Part shown: positions 1 through 18,131 of the stretch, piece after piece | Layout of the letters: every line of letters starts with the position of its first letter | Position numbering within the stretch: the first letter of the stretch is position 1 | NCBI RefSeq assembly: GCF_009914755.1 | Contig: NC_060926.1 | Direction: 5' to 3' (one strand) | Source: the human T2T-CHM13v2.0 reference genome, Homo sapiens | Length of the DNA: 64,000 nucleotides | Notes under the pieces: generated by a model | The model's input: only the letters and a program-made list of their open reading frames with translations | Database searches by the model: none | What the model was told of the DNA's origin: nothing | Made by a program: the position numbers and the translations under genes

Positions 1-76
1 AATCTCTTGACCTCGTGATCTGCCCACCTTGTCCTCCCAAAGTGTTAGAATTACAGGCATGAGCCAGTGCACCCAG
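1..76 (-). mobile_element. Alu, 5' end of left arm (cut by window edge)
   Basis: gacctcgtgatctgcccacc...cccaaagtgttagaattacaggcatgagcca is the antisense Alu start. Confidence 0.9.
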
Positions 77-777
77 TGGGAAGGATTTTTAAGTATATAG
101 AGTGGAGGAGACTTTTGTAGGTGATTTATACATGATCTAATGGCACTCCAAGCAGGATCTGACCCCATGGCTCCAGGAAAAACTTTTAAATGGTGGAAGT
201 AGAGTTAGGAAAAAGAGTTTCTGCTAGAAGGCCACAAAGCATTATACTTTATTGATTAGGATGTGCTAGTGGGTGCATATAAATGTTTATGGAAGCAGAC
301 ACATCCAGCCCCTAAGAGCTCCTGAAGGCTCTTGAAGGCCGCTATCATGCAGTGTCCTCTTTTGGAGACAGCAGGCCTGCTGAGTAAGCTCACAAAAACT
401 TGGGAACTCAATGTGTACCCAAAGAAAATGACTGCTAAATGGGAGCTTGCCGCTGAAGAAGCAATCTCTGGCTGCATGCGTGGCTGCAAAGATGTAAATT
501 AGCCCCCGCCTGGGGCCTCCAAGAAATCAGGTCAGGACCAGAAGTCATCAAAAGGCTGGTCTGAAAGACACATAATGAACTTGCCTTTTCCTAGGGAGAT
601 AGTACCTTTTTATTAGATTTTTTCTCAAGATATGCAAAATAGATGGGTTTTCCTGGAGCCCCCAATCACTTCCTATCAAGGCAAGGCAGGAAGAAACAAA
701 GCATGCTGGGTGGTTACCAGAGGTTGTAGGTGGAGACAATGCATGAAGATTTGAGCAGAAGCAAAATACTTGCATTC

Positions 778-1087
778 GGCCCGGCTTGGTGGCTCATGCC
801 TGTAATCCCAGCACGTTGGGAGGCTGAGGGCGGGCAGATCCCCTGGGGTCAGGAGTTTGAGACCAGCCTGGCCAACATGGTGAGACCCTCCCTCTACTAA
901 AAAATACCCAAAAAAAAAAAAATTTAGCCCACTGTGGTAGCGGGCACCTGTAGTCCCAGCTACTCAGGAGGCTGAGGCGGAGAATTGCTTGAACCCAGGA
1001 GGCAGAGGTTGCAGTGCCAAGATTGCGCCACCGCCCTCCAGCCTGGAGGACAGAGCAATACCCTGTGGAAAAAAAAAAAAAAAAAAA
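778..1087 (+). mobile_element. AluS, full length
   Basis: ggcccggcttggtggctcatgcctgtaatccca, A-rich linker, right arm, poly(A) tail. Confidence 0.95.
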
Positions 1088-1104
1088 GCATGCCTTCTGT
1101 GGCC

Positions 1105-1320
1105 TCAGTTGGAATGCTGCCTTTCCAACTTGGTAGCTGTGTGACTTTGGGCAAGTTACATAACTCTTCTGAGTTTCAGTGTCTTCACCTGTAAAATATA
1201 GGCAGTAATACTATGGACCTCACAGACCTGTTATAGAGATGAATTTTAATTATAACACAAACTAATATTTGCATTTTGCTTAGGACAGGGTCTTGTACAC
1301 TGCAAGCTAAATAAGTGTTT
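1105..1320 (+). mobile_element. MIR SINE
   Basis: Core tagctgtgtgactttgggcaagttacataactcttctgagtttcagtgtcttcacctgtaaaat. Confidence 0.8.
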
Positions 1321-1334
1321 ATTACGTAAGCTCT

Positions 1335-1622
1335 TTTTTTTTTTTTTTTTTGAGACGGTCTTGCACTGTCGCCCAGGCTGGAGTACGACCTTGGCGCGCT
1401 GCAAGCTCCGCCTCCCAGGTTCACACCATTCTCCTGCCTCAGCCTCCCGAGTAGCTGGGACTACAGGCACCCGCCACCATGCCCAGCTAATTTTTTGTAC
1501 TTTTAATAGAGATGGGGTTTCACCATGTTAGCCAGGATGGTCTCCGTCTCCTGACCTCGTGATCCACCCATCTCGGCCTCCCTAAGTGCTGGGATTACAG
1601 GCGTGAGCCACTGCGCCCGGTC
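1335..1622 (-). mobile_element. AluY
   Basis: Y-type gcaagctccgcctcc and ttagccaggatggtctc; TSD tacgtaa(g/a)ctctt. Confidence 0.92.
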
Positions 1623-1644
1623 TACGTAAACTCTTACATCAGAC

Positions 1645-2495
<851 letters not shown>

Positions 2496-3789
2496 ATTTG
2501 CTCGGACGGGGGGTCCCAACTGCCCCAATAGCTTTGGACATCCCATGTGCATTGCTTGAATGAGCAGGACCCCAGGGTTCTTCCAGAGGAGCAGAAGTCT
2601 CAGGTTGGTTTTGTTCACTCTGCTGGGTACACCTAACTGAAAGGACTCTAAGAACCCATGCCTCTTTCATAGGGACTGCAGCTCAGGACTTTGAAGTGAC
2701 TTGCAAAGGCCACACCGCCAGGACCAGAGCCTGCTTCTCCATCCCTTCCTCCTGACACAGCCGCTGATAAATGCCATTACCTGAATTCCATGCTGAGTTG
2801 CTATTCTTATCCCACGGAGGCTGCCTGTGTGCCATTGTTTTAATTACAGGCTGTTATTTCATTTGAAAAGTCAGCGATAGGATTAAGGGTACTGTCATTT
2901 TAAAAGCCAGATTCCTGGCCTAAAACCGCTCAGTGAATCAGAGGACAAATGTTCCCATTGTGCTGGTTAAAAATAGGAGCAATGGAAAAAGTGACAGAAT
3001 GCGATGAATACCATTAAAGTGTAATTACATTTACTGTAGATGTGAGCCTCAGGAAGAGTCTATCCCAGGCAGGGAAGCTTGGTCAGAGCCTGTGACATGA
3101 AAAACCCAAAGCCTCCGTGGACGGCCCATTTCAGGTTTTGAGTGTTTATACTGTATATTGTTACATATCGTTCTTGGGAGCCATCCACCTTATTAGGGGT
3201 ACTTGAAAGAACTGTGTCTTTCCAAAGGAAAATAAGAACCACGTAGCTCACCTTGATTCTCAGAATGTAGCTTTCCTGTATTTCTCATGAGGAACATTAT
3301 ACAGTTTCTGTATTTTTTGCCTCAATAGTCAAATGTAGTAGCTGAGTTGGACATATCTGAAAGGCAGGGCTAATTTTTTTCTTTTAATGAAAACAGTTCG
3401 TGTTTTTCTAATTTTAAAACAACACATTCTTGCCATATAATTTTTTTTTAAATGTACAAAGAAAGTAAACGTTAGTCTAAATCCAGCCACCCACAGATAA
3501 AGCACTACTAACATTTTGGTGAATATCCTTTCAAACTACAATCTTTATGTGGATTTATAGATAGTGCTTTTTTGTTGCTGTTGTCAAAGCTCAGCAATAT
3601 ATTCTGAACCTACTTTTTATGATAATAAATGTAGAGTTACATTACTATGTCTAATGACTATCTGGTATTCTGTAGGATCAACCTATCAGAATTTATTAAT
3701 CATAACATGATTAATCAAGTATAATTTTGGCTCACATCTAAAAATTATTCTTTTTCTCTAATGAATGACAAATTATTTCTAATATCTCT

Positions 3790-3858
3790 CTATATAAATA
3801 CATGTGTATGTATATGTGTGTGTATATATGTATACATATGTATATACACACACACACC
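3790..3858. repeat. (TA/TG/CA) compound microsatellite
   Basis: Directly visible. Confidence 0.85.
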
Positions 3859-3972
3859 ATGCTTTGATGAACATGTATCCAAATGCACTTGGCAAATTAT
3901 TTTCTTAGAATATATTTCTAGAATATATATTTCTAGAAATGGACTTGCTGGGTAAAAGATATTTGCATCTAC

Positions 3973-4671
<699 letters not shown>

Positions 4672-5599
4672 TAGGTATTACATGTTTTTAAATCCTCATT
4701 AATTCAGCAAACAATTTTATTTTAATTGCCATATAGCTTGCTATGTGTATGTCTCTTGAAGAATTACCTGTTCTTTTTATTGAGGTCTTTATTTTTTATT
4801 GACTTGTAACTGTTCATTGCATCTTAAAAATAGTAGCACTTTGTTGTGTGCTTACTGTTGTTTTCCCTCAGTTTTTCTTGGTTTTGAACTAGTTTTTGTT
4901 TTGTTTTTGTTTTTTGCCATATAGAAGGGTTACAAAGTTAAATATTTCCATGTTTTCCATTATAGCTTCTGGTAGTAACTAGAATTTACCTAAGCCCAGA
5001 AGAATAAAAAGTCACCTGTGTTTTATTCTGGCTTTATACTGTTTTCATTTGTTCTGTTATAATTTTTGTATAAGAAATCCAGGAATCTATTTTGCTTCTG
5101 AAGTGGCTGTCCAATCAGGATTTACCTTTTACCACTTGGTTGGAGAGGTGGGGGAAGAAGAGACTGGAGGAAATAGAAGCTGAAGACAGGACTAGATGTG
5201 TCTCCCTCCCCAGCCTCCTTTCTCTGCAGAGGTGGAGGAATCACGGAAGCTATCGTGGCTTTAGGTGTTGACTTTTGTCAATGTTTGCTGAAGCCAGGAG
5301 TGAAATTGAGACAATATTCCGATTCTTGGAACCTGAGTTAGCGTTAAAGGGGATGACAAACAGGCTGTTGTTAGGAGGTAGTTCCATGTAATAGGAAGAG
5401 TTTCCACCTCCCTCAGAGGCTGCCTTTCTCGTTTCTCCAAATGATTTCGCGGTTGGCCTAAGTTTCCTTTACTTCTCCCTACGATGGTGTAACATTAGCT
5501 TGAATGCTGACGCTATGTGGTGGTGAGCGGCAGTGGGTGTATCTTGCCCATAAACCCTTGGAGGACAGTGGAGGACAGGGACTGACCAACTCACCCAAG

Positions 5600-6065
5600 G
5601 GTCCTCTGCATGCACATGGTCCCTGCACATGGCACATAGTTGGTGCTCAGAAGGCCTTTGCTGGAACAAAGGAAAACACAAGCACCCACAGCAGTGATGG
5701 CTGATTTTGTCGGGTCTGCAATGGAGATTAGTCACCACTAGGTGTCATGGTGAGTCAAGAAACATTTTGGCTCATGGTTACAAATTATGCGTTTACTGTA
5801 TTCATCTTCGTGCATGCACACATGCAATGTTTTACAAAGCATCTGTTGAGTGTCTACGGCACAACACACACGTTCTGGTGCTGGAGATCCTGCCCTGGCT
5901 GAGCTTCTGGACCTGGTGGGGAGAAATCCACAATGAGTACTGAGACGACCGGCAAAAGCCCGGTGAAGGCACCTAGGAGTAGGGCCTGCTTACCCTGGAG
6001 GAGTCGGGAGCAGCTTCCACAGCAAGGAGGCTTCTAAGGTAAGTTTTGAAGAGTAAGGGTAGGTA
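5600..6065. mobile_element. Two L2 3' fragments, tail to tail
   Basis: ggcacatagttggtgctcag (+, about 5630) and aagcatctgttgagtgtctac (-, about 5840). Confidence 0.55.
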
Positions 6066-6392
6066 AAACAAACCAACCAACCAACCCAGTTTATACTTTC
6101 TCCCAGGAAGTTCAGCACAGAATGGCAGCCTGAAGGCTGGCCCAGATTTTGTTCTTGTTGAGGACAGAGCTTTTACATTTTGTCCAGTGGCTTTGGCAGA
6201 GGTTTGTGTGTCTTTTGAAGAATTACCTATTCTTCATCCGTTTTTTAAAATTGAGGCATTCCTGCATATTAAAGACACTTAACACTTTGCTGTGTGTTTA
6301 CTGTTATTTTTCCTTCGTTTATCTTTGTTTTGAACTTGTTTTTGTTTTATTTTATTTTCCTGAGTTTCTGACGTTTATTTCATTTGCGTTAA

Positions 6393-6834
<442 letters not shown>

Positions 6835-8181
6835 TGACTACAATAATTACCTTGTTTGTCCTGGCCACCGTTAGGAAACAGCGGAGGTGGGCTAAGAGCA
6901 GGTTTGAGGCAGGGATGCAGTTGGCCCGTTCAGGTAGAGACTGGAAGACAGCACTGGGTTGGACCAGAGTCCTAGTCAGGAGCTGAGACCAGATAAGCCC
7001 CAGTGGGAGTGAGACTTACCCGGGGGCCTGGTCTGTGCCCTGACTGATAGAATTCTCACACAGGTCCTTTGGGGCCCTGCTGATCAGGGCAAAGCTTTGG
7101 GAGGTAGGCTGTGGCTGGAGGTGGCAGCTATGGGGGTCCCAGTGTACATGGTGTCAGACTGGCCCATCTCACTGCCCTTGTGCCATTAGGACTGGCAGCC
7201 AGACCACCCTAAGCTTGACCCTTAGCTCCCGCCACCTGGCTTTGAGCACCAAGCTCTCAAGAGGCACATATTTACTGTTGCTTCTTAACCTCAGTAGTTA
7301 TTGCAAAAATACTAAATTATTCCTGTGATTATTTTTGAATTTTCTATTAAAAAATACCCTCATTCATAGTTAATATCCAGGATTCATGGCCCAGTGGGTC
7401 TTGAGTGAATGGTAACAGTATGATTACCTATAAAAGGTTGAATTCTAGAGACACCCACAGGTGGCCCAGCCAGGCTCAGCTTCCGTCATCTTCTGAAAGA
7501 TGTTTTTGTCCATCTTACTTCCGATGGCAGAGGAAGTTTCCCAAACAAACTTCTCTCAAGAAAGTCAGGAAGATAGGACAGAATTTCCTCTCATTTTGCT
7601 TGAGATAATGGGGCTTTGAGGTCACTAACTCTTGAAATCTTCTTCCACCCAGATTTTTTGTTCTTTGTCAGCATGAGTACCTGGGATCTTACATGTAGCC
7701 CCTGCATCATTTCAGAAATGATCTCCAGTGCCCAGGCTCTGATGCCCAACAGACCTGAAGTTACATCCCAACCTGAACAGGCGGCTTTTGCTCTCCAGGC
7801 CTTCATTGCCCCACAGTGGGAACAATAATAATATGCACCTTCTAGGTACCCAAAAGCACAAGAGACAGTGAACGGAAAGTGCTTGGAAGCCCCGTGCCCA
7901 GGTGGTGCTGGCCCCAGCTGAACTGCGGGGATAGATGTTGAGTGTCCAGGTTCTAGCATCATAGAACAGAATCCGGCCTGTTGGGAAATCCTGCCTACAA
8001 GTATACCTCCATTAATTAGTGTCTTCTGTGAACATTTTTATTAAAAAAAGAAGAAAAGCTTCTCAACCCAAGCCCAAGGGCATGTCCTGATTTGTTGAAA
8101 GTAGTTGTAAGACCATTTCATTATTCACTCTACTTTTTCATATGTTGGAAATGTTTTATAAGAATAAATACAATAATATCA

Positions 8182-8440
<259 letters not shown>

Positions 8441-8504
8441 AAATACAAAGATATCAGCTTAAAACAAAAGAACTCATTTGAAATTTGCCAGTCTTTTAAA
8501 TTTT

Positions 8505-8642
8505 GTTTTCTTTTTTTAATACTATTTGTTTTTGAGAGTCTCACTATGTTGCCCAGGCTGTTCTCAAACTCCTAGGCTCAGGTTCCTCCCATCTCAGCCT
8601 GTGGAGTATCTGGGATTACAGGCACATCCCGCTGCACCCAGC
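8505..8642 (-). mobile_element. FLAM Alu monomer
   Basis: tctcactatgttgcccaggctg...ctgggattacaggca...gcacccagc. Confidence 0.8.
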
Positions 8643-10445
8643 TTCCTTTCCTTATAAGTTCAATGAAACCGAATTGTATGCTTTTGCTTTTTAAAAAGCT
8701 GTGCACAAAAATGTCATTTTATATATTAATAATTATTTCCCTAAATCTATTCTTTTGCGTATAGGTTTGGAGAACCTCTGGAATGATACTCCCAAAATAT
8801 TATTTTTTAAGAAATTATTTTTGGGTGGTGGCCTATTGGGTAAATTTTTCCTGAACTTTCTATTTTGTATTCTTGTCATTATTTGGATAGTTTTACAGAA
8901 ACAAAAGTTGTATTCTGTGAACACAGAGGGAGAAAGAGAAATAATAAAATTATTTCCCCTTCCACTGAGCTGTATGCAGCAAGAGTTTGGGGGCAGTGAG
9001 GTCCCGGGGTCGGTGGAAAGAGGGGACAGGGAGCCACAGGGCGGGTGCTGAGGTGGACACAGCCTTGGGGAGCACATTGCCTACTCAGTCCATGCCCCCA
9101 TCACACCCTTTGCCTGCAACGCGCCTCCAGCTCTGGAACTCATCCTCCACTAACCCGGCACCCACAGGCCAAGCTGTCACGCAAGGAAGCGGCCACGCGA
9201 GGGCGTGATCTACCAGGGATCCGTGCCTGGGTCTGTGCATCCTCCCTTCTGCAGCCAGAAGAAACCCCTTTGAAGAAGCGGGTGGATGACAAGCTTGCAA
9301 TACACCGGGGAGGGGAGCAGCATCCCCAGAGGCTTTTCCATGCACCCTCTTTCTGAGCAGCTCTGGATACCCTGGGTCAGCTCCCACACAAATTGCTCAT
9401 AACTCATTAGTCACCCTTAAAATTAATCTCTCCAACAGTGACATCCTGTACTCAGGCGGTGTCTTAACCCCCTGAAAATGCCTTCGTGGCAATGTCCCTG
9501 TGGCATAAGCATGCCCCATTTTGCAAGGGAGGGAATTAAATTTCAGAGAAGTTAAGCGATCCAGGGAATTTCAGTAGCAGAAATAAGTCTAGAACGGAGA
9601 TTACCCAACTTGACTCAAATGGCAAAACGTTTGTCATGGGGAATTTAATTCTTTAAACCTTTTCGTTGCTTTATCTCCTTGCTTGGAATATTCACCATCC
9701 ATGTGCCCACTAAATCCTGACTGCTCTGAGACCACGTTCTTCATGCCAGTCTTATCTCCCGTGCCTCCTGGGCTTAGGAATCTGATGAGCCTGAGTGTGG
9801 ATCTGGGTCCTGCCCCCTGACTGTGTGGGGTTACCCGGATTCCCTGAACTTCGGTCTCCCCTCATGGAAAATGGGGATGGTATGCCTTCCTACATGAAGG
9901 CGATCTCAATATAGTTACCAGCTGGCGACTATACAGGCAGTTGTCAGTCAGCCTGTGGGACACATGGGTGGCTGGATCAGTCTGGCAGGAGCAGGTGGAG
10001 AGAATTACCAGGTGATATGCTGACCCCACGAGGACCAAGGACCGCACTGCTCAAGCCTTCACCTGCCACTTGGCATTAAAGCCTCTTTACCCTTGTCTCC
10101 CCAACCGGACAATACATTCCTAGGTGGGAGGGCCCCTGCCTTTCACTGCTGCTGTCTTGGAGCTAGGCAATGTAATTTCATGTATCAGATGACGGCTGTC
10201 AAGCACTAAGTTTTGTTTGTTCCTTCTCCTGTCTCCTAAGTTCACAAATAAACAACAGCCCTGAGAATCCTCATGGCGGCTTTGGAACCTCGAGCATCAT
10301 AAAGTATATTCGGGAGTCCGGAGGGCCTTGGCTCCCTTGTGCTGGCAGGGCAGAATGAAGCTGGGTGCATTGTGTGTGCCCCACCAGCACAAGCGCTAGC
10401 ATTTGTCTCAATGCCGGGGATTCCTGGAGCACCCGCTGTTCTCTA

Positions 10446-11556
<1,111 letters not shown>

Positions 11557-11899
11557 CACCACCTTCCCAGCCACTCCCCTTTCTACCATAGCTTGGTGCC
11601 CACTGCTCCCTACCCTGCCCCTTTTCCCGCCCTCCTCATGCCCCATGGCCTCTGTAGGTACTGTACTGGAAGCCCAGCACTTTCTAGCCTGGGGCCAGAT
11701 GGCTGCAAGGCAGGCAGTGGGTGTGGGGGCTGAGGCCTGTGGTGCTGGGCCCGCCAGCCCTGGGGGAAATCCTGGGACAGCCTTCCTGCAGGAAGCCTAC
11801 TGCTTCTCCTGGTGGTCTTAGAATCAAACTTTCTATAGAGGGGCTTGGGAAGCCATTTTGTGCAAACTCCCTCTCAACACATAGTAAAAAGCCATACGT

Positions 11900-12186
<287 letters not shown>

Positions 12187-12480
12187 GTTGCACATGATCA
12201 GAGCCCAGAAGATCCATTCTGAGCACTTCCAGCAACAAGGGGACCAGGTAAGCGCACCCAAACCAGAGCCTTTGCTTGTGAGAAACTCCTCAGGTGGAAC
12301 CTATCCCTCAATCACTCCCCACCCCTTCCCACCCTTCTGCCTCTCTGTGCCTTCCCAGGAGGGGCCACATCCTCCTGATGGCCCAGGAGTCTGAGTCCTG
12401 TCCTGGGGTCCTTGGCTCCTCGCCAGCCCCACACCTCCAAACCCACTCCATCCTCAGTTCTTCCCAGTTTAATGCTGGTT

Positions 12481-12766
12481 CTTTCTTTCTTTCTCTCTTT
12501 CTTTCTTCCTTTCTTTCTCTCTTTCTTTTCTTTCTTTTTCTTTCTTTCCTTCCTTCCTTCCCCTTTCTTCCTTCTTCCTTCCTTTCTTCCCCTTTCTTCC
12601 TTCTTCCTTCTTCCTTCCTTTCTCTCTTCCTTCCTTGCTTCCTTTCTTCCCCTTCCTCCCTCCCTCCTTTCCTCTTTCCCTCCTTCTCCCTTCCTTCCTT
12701 TCTTCCCGTTCCTCCCTCCCTCCTTTCCTCCTTCCTTCCTTCCTTCCCCTTCATCTCTCTCTTTCC

Positions 12767-12802
<36 letters not shown>

Positions 12803-12909
12803 GTTTCTTTCTTTCTTTCCTTCTTTCTTTCTTTCTTTCATCTCTCTCTCCCCTCCCTCCCTCCCATCCTTCCTTCCTTCCTTCCTTCCTTCCTTCCTTC
12901 CTTCCTTCC

Positions 12910-12912
<3 letters not shown>
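12481..12912. repeat. About 430-bp polypyrimidine (TTTC/CCTT) tract
   Basis: Almost only C and T on the + strand. Confidence 0.97.
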
Positions 12913-13193
<281 letters not shown>

Positions 13194-13199
13194 TACTGC

Positions 13200-13510
13200 T
13201 GGTTTTCTAATTGCCTTCCTGCTTCCAGTTTTGTCCCCTTGCAATAGATTCTTAGCAGGCCACACAGTGATGGCTCTAAAGTACAAGCCCAATTACATCA
13301 AGCTCATGCTCCTTTTGGCCTTGGGCCCCAGGGCCTGTTCTCTGGAAAGTTCCTGCCCCTGCACTTAGCACTAATGGCCTGCACTGGTTGCGTGCCTCAC
13401 AGGGCTTGGTCCTGGGCTGCGTGCTGCTCTGTCCCACCCCAGCAGGGAGGCCCTGGAGGGCAGGAGTCCTTCTCGTCGTGTGCAGAGTAGGTGCTCAACA
13501 ATGTTACCCA
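13200..13510 (+). mobile_element. L2 fragment
   Basis: ccttcctgcttccagttttgtccccttgcaa...gcagagtaggtgctcaacaatgtt. Confidence 0.55.
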
Positions 13511-13821
13511 GAGGAGGGCGGGATGAGCATGAGGACTAGGGGCGAGTTCGTCCATGCAATCCCAGCCTGGTCCCGGGTGCCTCGGCACATGTGAGGCCGG
13601 GGGCTCCTATGGTGTTCCACAGGCTTCTCTGGCCATTTGATGTGGGGTCTGTGCCTCTTCCCCTCAATGTGCCCTCAGTGGAGCAGGCTGTCCTGCCACT
13701 GTCTCAGGTACACATTGTGTACTTCGGGCACGTGAGAGGGAGTGAAGAGGGGACAAAGAACTTCCACGCTCTGGCTTTCTAGTCCCCGAGGATTTCCCAT
13801 CATCCGGAGAGTCCGGGTCCT

Positions 13822-14080
13822 CACGGCCTCAGATGGCTTTCAGGAGCCCCTGGCAACTTTTGCCTTTATGGGCCCTTCTTCTATAAAACATGATTAAAAA
13901 TTCCACTTTATGACAGAGTTGGTATAAAGATGAATATAATCATCTTTATTAATAAAATACAATTTATTATTTTGTATTCATTATCGTGATGTTCATTTTT
14001 TATTCTTAATTGAAGCAAATTAAAATGAAAACATTTCTGTGAGCCCCTCATAGCACCGTAGTCCCCAGGCTCTGTGCCTC
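13822..14080 (-). mobile_element. ORSL-like hAT-Tip100 non-autonomous DNA transposon
   Basis: ggcaacttttgcctttatgggccc...gttggtataaagatgaatata...aaaacatttctgtgagcccct...ccaggctctgtgcct matches the recalled ORSL consensus. Confidence 0.75.
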
Positions 14081-14950
14081 CAGAGGTCTTGGGAGTGGCA
14101 TCTTCTGAGCATCTTCAGAGCTGCCCCTTCATGGAGGGGATCACTCTTCCCTGGAAGTGGAAGGGCGGGCAGAAGACCTCCTATGGCTCAGAGCACAGAG
14201 TCAGAGGAAGCAAAGGCAGGCTTTGCAGGATGTGTGTGGGTACGTAATGGCAACCTGAAAGCACAGAGACACGCAGGTATCCTGAGACCTCCCCCACACC
14301 TCCCCAGGAACCTGTGCATGGTATGTTCATGTTTCTATCCTCTGCCTGGAGAGTGATCACTCCATCTCTCTCTCTCTGTCCTTCAGGCAGTCACCCATGC
14401 CGGGGCAGCAAACACTGCCCTGCGTCTTCTGCTGATGCTCTCAAAAGCAGCGTGTGACAAGCCATGACTCACTTATCAGCACCAGTCATGGAGATCCAGT
14501 CACAATTATGGAAAGGAGCTAAGGGTGACAGCTGCTTTAAATACCCTCTGGAATAAAGCAGGGTGCGGGGTTGGGGGACAAGATTATATCGAAGGGTTAG
14601 TTCTTAGAGAAGACACTGCTTTTTGAAACGGACATTTGGAATGAAATAAAAGCAGGTGTCAACTTTGTGTACTCCAGAGTTACAGCCATAATCATGCAGT
14701 GTTCTGGCTTTTCTCCCTGGGCAGGGGAGGAGCCTGCCATCACCTACCCATCACATCTCTTCTGAGCACAAATGATGCGTGCAGGGCATGGGGCCATGTC
14801 CCTGGTGGAGCTGGACAGCCTGGAAGTCAGAATCCTGGTGAGCTCCTTGCTTTGTCAATGGTTAAGCTGTGACACTCTGGCACCCTCACCGCCCCCAACC
14901 CCCACCCCATTTCAGATGCAGACTAACATTGGTATAAAGAGAACTTCCCA

Positions 14951-15347
<397 letters not shown>

Positions 15348-16317
15348 TTACTGGGGAAAATCCCAAACTGTATCATCTTTTGGTTTCCATGAATATCTGT
15401 GAGACCCAAACTGGCAGCGTTTTACCCGTGAGTTTGGCAAATCCAAAAGATTGGCTCTCCACCAAGAATGATGGAACCCAATTCTGCATCCATGTACATT
15501 TTTGAAACATTTCCTAGGAGTGAGAATAGTTTCTATTGTTTTCTGCTATCTGAGGCCCCCTTAGGGTGGAATCTTCTCTGTGGAAACCGCACACTAAGGT
15601 GACTGTCACAAGGTCCTACTCACCATGCCCAAGCCCGGGGTGCAGAGCATCCCATCCCCGCATCAGGTTGCCCTTCTGTAATAGTCACATGAAAACTCAT
15701 ATGGTCCTTAAGTGGCTTCGACGCATCACACAAGTTCTTGTTGAAACCAGGGCTTGTTTCAGAAGATGATCCTGTTGCCCTTCCATGCAGCCTAGCGGAG
15801 AAGCTGCTCAGATCCTCACATTGCCCTGGAACAAAAGCAGCTTCTCATAGACCGAGCTGAGAATCTGATGGGCCTGGCTTGGTGCCTGGTCCTGCCTCTG
15901 AGGGTGGTCAACCTTGGCAAGTTCTTCTAGACAAATGTGGATGACCACATCCCTGCATGGTCATTTATGAGGGTCTTTCAGACCACAGAGCCAACGGAGA
16001 CCAAGTCCAGTTGGGAGGGAATTGAGCTTGACTGTTGACACTGCCCCAGCCAAAAGCTCAGGACCTGGTCAGAAATGAAGAGACTCAAGGCAAAAAATTC
16101 ACAGACTTTCTGAGAACCTCATTCCAAAGTTGGCACATTGACAAGCTGTGGATGAGGCTTTTTTCCTTTTGTTTGCATTAATATAGGTGTTTGAAAGATG
16201 AGATCTCAAGTTGCATTATAAATTTCACTCTGATTCTTTGCAAACTTTGAAATGCATCTCACTGTAGCTGAGCTGGGTCCAGCCATCAGATCAAAGGGGT
16301 GCTTGTTCCTGTTGAAG

Positions 16318-16622
<305 letters not shown>

Positions 16623-16819
16623 GCCTGTTGAAGTTTTATTGGCCTAAGACAGAATCTAATTTTTTCCAATTAGTCATCTGTATCCATGTTCTTTGATGCC
16701 CAAGGACAAGTTAACCTGACCACAGTCATCTGCCAGCATTTTCAAGGAGAGACCAGGCCATTGAAGGCAGTTTATTATGAATATTGCCACTGGGCTTACT
16801 TGGATAAAATCATTTTCTT

Positions 16820-16893
16820 TTTCCCTTCCTTCCTTCCCCTTCCTTCCTTCCTTCCTTCCTTCTTTCCTTCCTTCCTTCCTTTCTTTTCTTTCT
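16820..16893. repeat. (CCTT)n
   Basis: Directly visible. Confidence 0.9.
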
Positions 16894-16979
16894 GAATCTG
16901 CTAAAATGTTAACTGTTTATTTAGGGTGTTGAGATTATAGCTGCTATATGTTTATTTATTTGGCATCTCTTAGCTTACT

Positions 16980-17269
16980 TTTCTTTCTCTTTTTTTTTGC
17001 TCTTGTTTCCTAGGCTGGAGTGCAATGGCATGATCTTGGCTCACTGAAACCTCTGTCTTGCAGGTTCAAGTGATTCTCATGCCTCAGCCTCCTGAGTAGC
17101 TGGGATTACAGGCTCCTTCCACCACACCCATCTAAGTTTTTGTATTTTTAGTGGAGGCGGGGTTTCACCATGTTGCCCAGGCTGGTCTTGAACTCCTGAC
17201 CTGAGGTGATCCACCTGCCTTGGCCTCCCAAAGTGCTGGGATTACAGGCATGAGCCACTGTGCCTGACC
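16980..17269 (-). mobile_element. AluS
   Basis: Antisense dimer. Confidence 0.92.
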
Positions 17270-17270
17270 T

Positions 17271-18131
17271 TCTTTTTTTTTTATTTTAATTTTTCCATAA
17301 GTTGTTGGGATACAGATGGTATTTGGCTAGATGAGTAAGTTCTTTAGTGGTGATTTGTGAGATTTTGGTGCACCCATCACCGGAGCAGTATACATTGCAC
17401 CCTACTTGTAGTCTTTTATCTCTCGCTCCCCCACACTCTTCCCCACAAGTCTCTAAAGTCCATTCCATCATTCTTATGCCTTTGTGTCCTCATAGCTTAG
17501 CTCCCATATATCAATGAGAAGATACAATGTTTGGTTTTCTATTCCTTAGTTACTTCACTTAGAATAATAGTTTCCAATCTCATCCAGGTCACCGCAAATG
17601 TCATTAATTCATTCCTTTTTATGGATGTGTAGTATTCCATCATATATATATATATACCACAGTTTCTTTATCCACTCGTTGATCGATGGACATTTGATTT
17701 GTTCCATATTTTTGCAATTGTAAATTGTGCTGCTATAAACATGCATGTGCAAGTATCTTTTTCATAGAATGACTTCTTTTCCTCTGGGTAGATACCCAGT
17801 AGTGGGATTGCTGGATCAAATGGTAGCTCTACTTTTAGTTCTTTAAGGAATCTCCACACTGTTTTCCATAGTGGCTGTACTAGTTTACATTCCCACCAGC
17901 AGTATAGAAGTGTTCCCTGACCACTGCATCCATGTCAACATCTGCTGTTTTTTGATTTTTTGATTATGGCCATTCTTGCAGGAGGAGGTGGTATCGCATT
18001 GTGGGTTTGATTTGCATTTCCCTGGTCATTAGTGATGTTGAGCATTTTTTCATATGTTTTTTGGCCATTTGTATATCGTCTTTTGAGAATTGTCTATTCA
18101 TGTCCTTAGCCCGCTTTTTGATGGGATTGTT
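17271..18131 (-). mobile_element. L1PB1-like LINE-1 3' end (end of ORF2 plus 3' UTR)
   Basis: Minus-strand ORFs read [24 protein letters not shown] and KKCSTSL, typical of the ORF2 C-terminus; 3' UTR atgagtaagttctttagtggtgatttgtgagattttgg. Confidence 0.9.
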
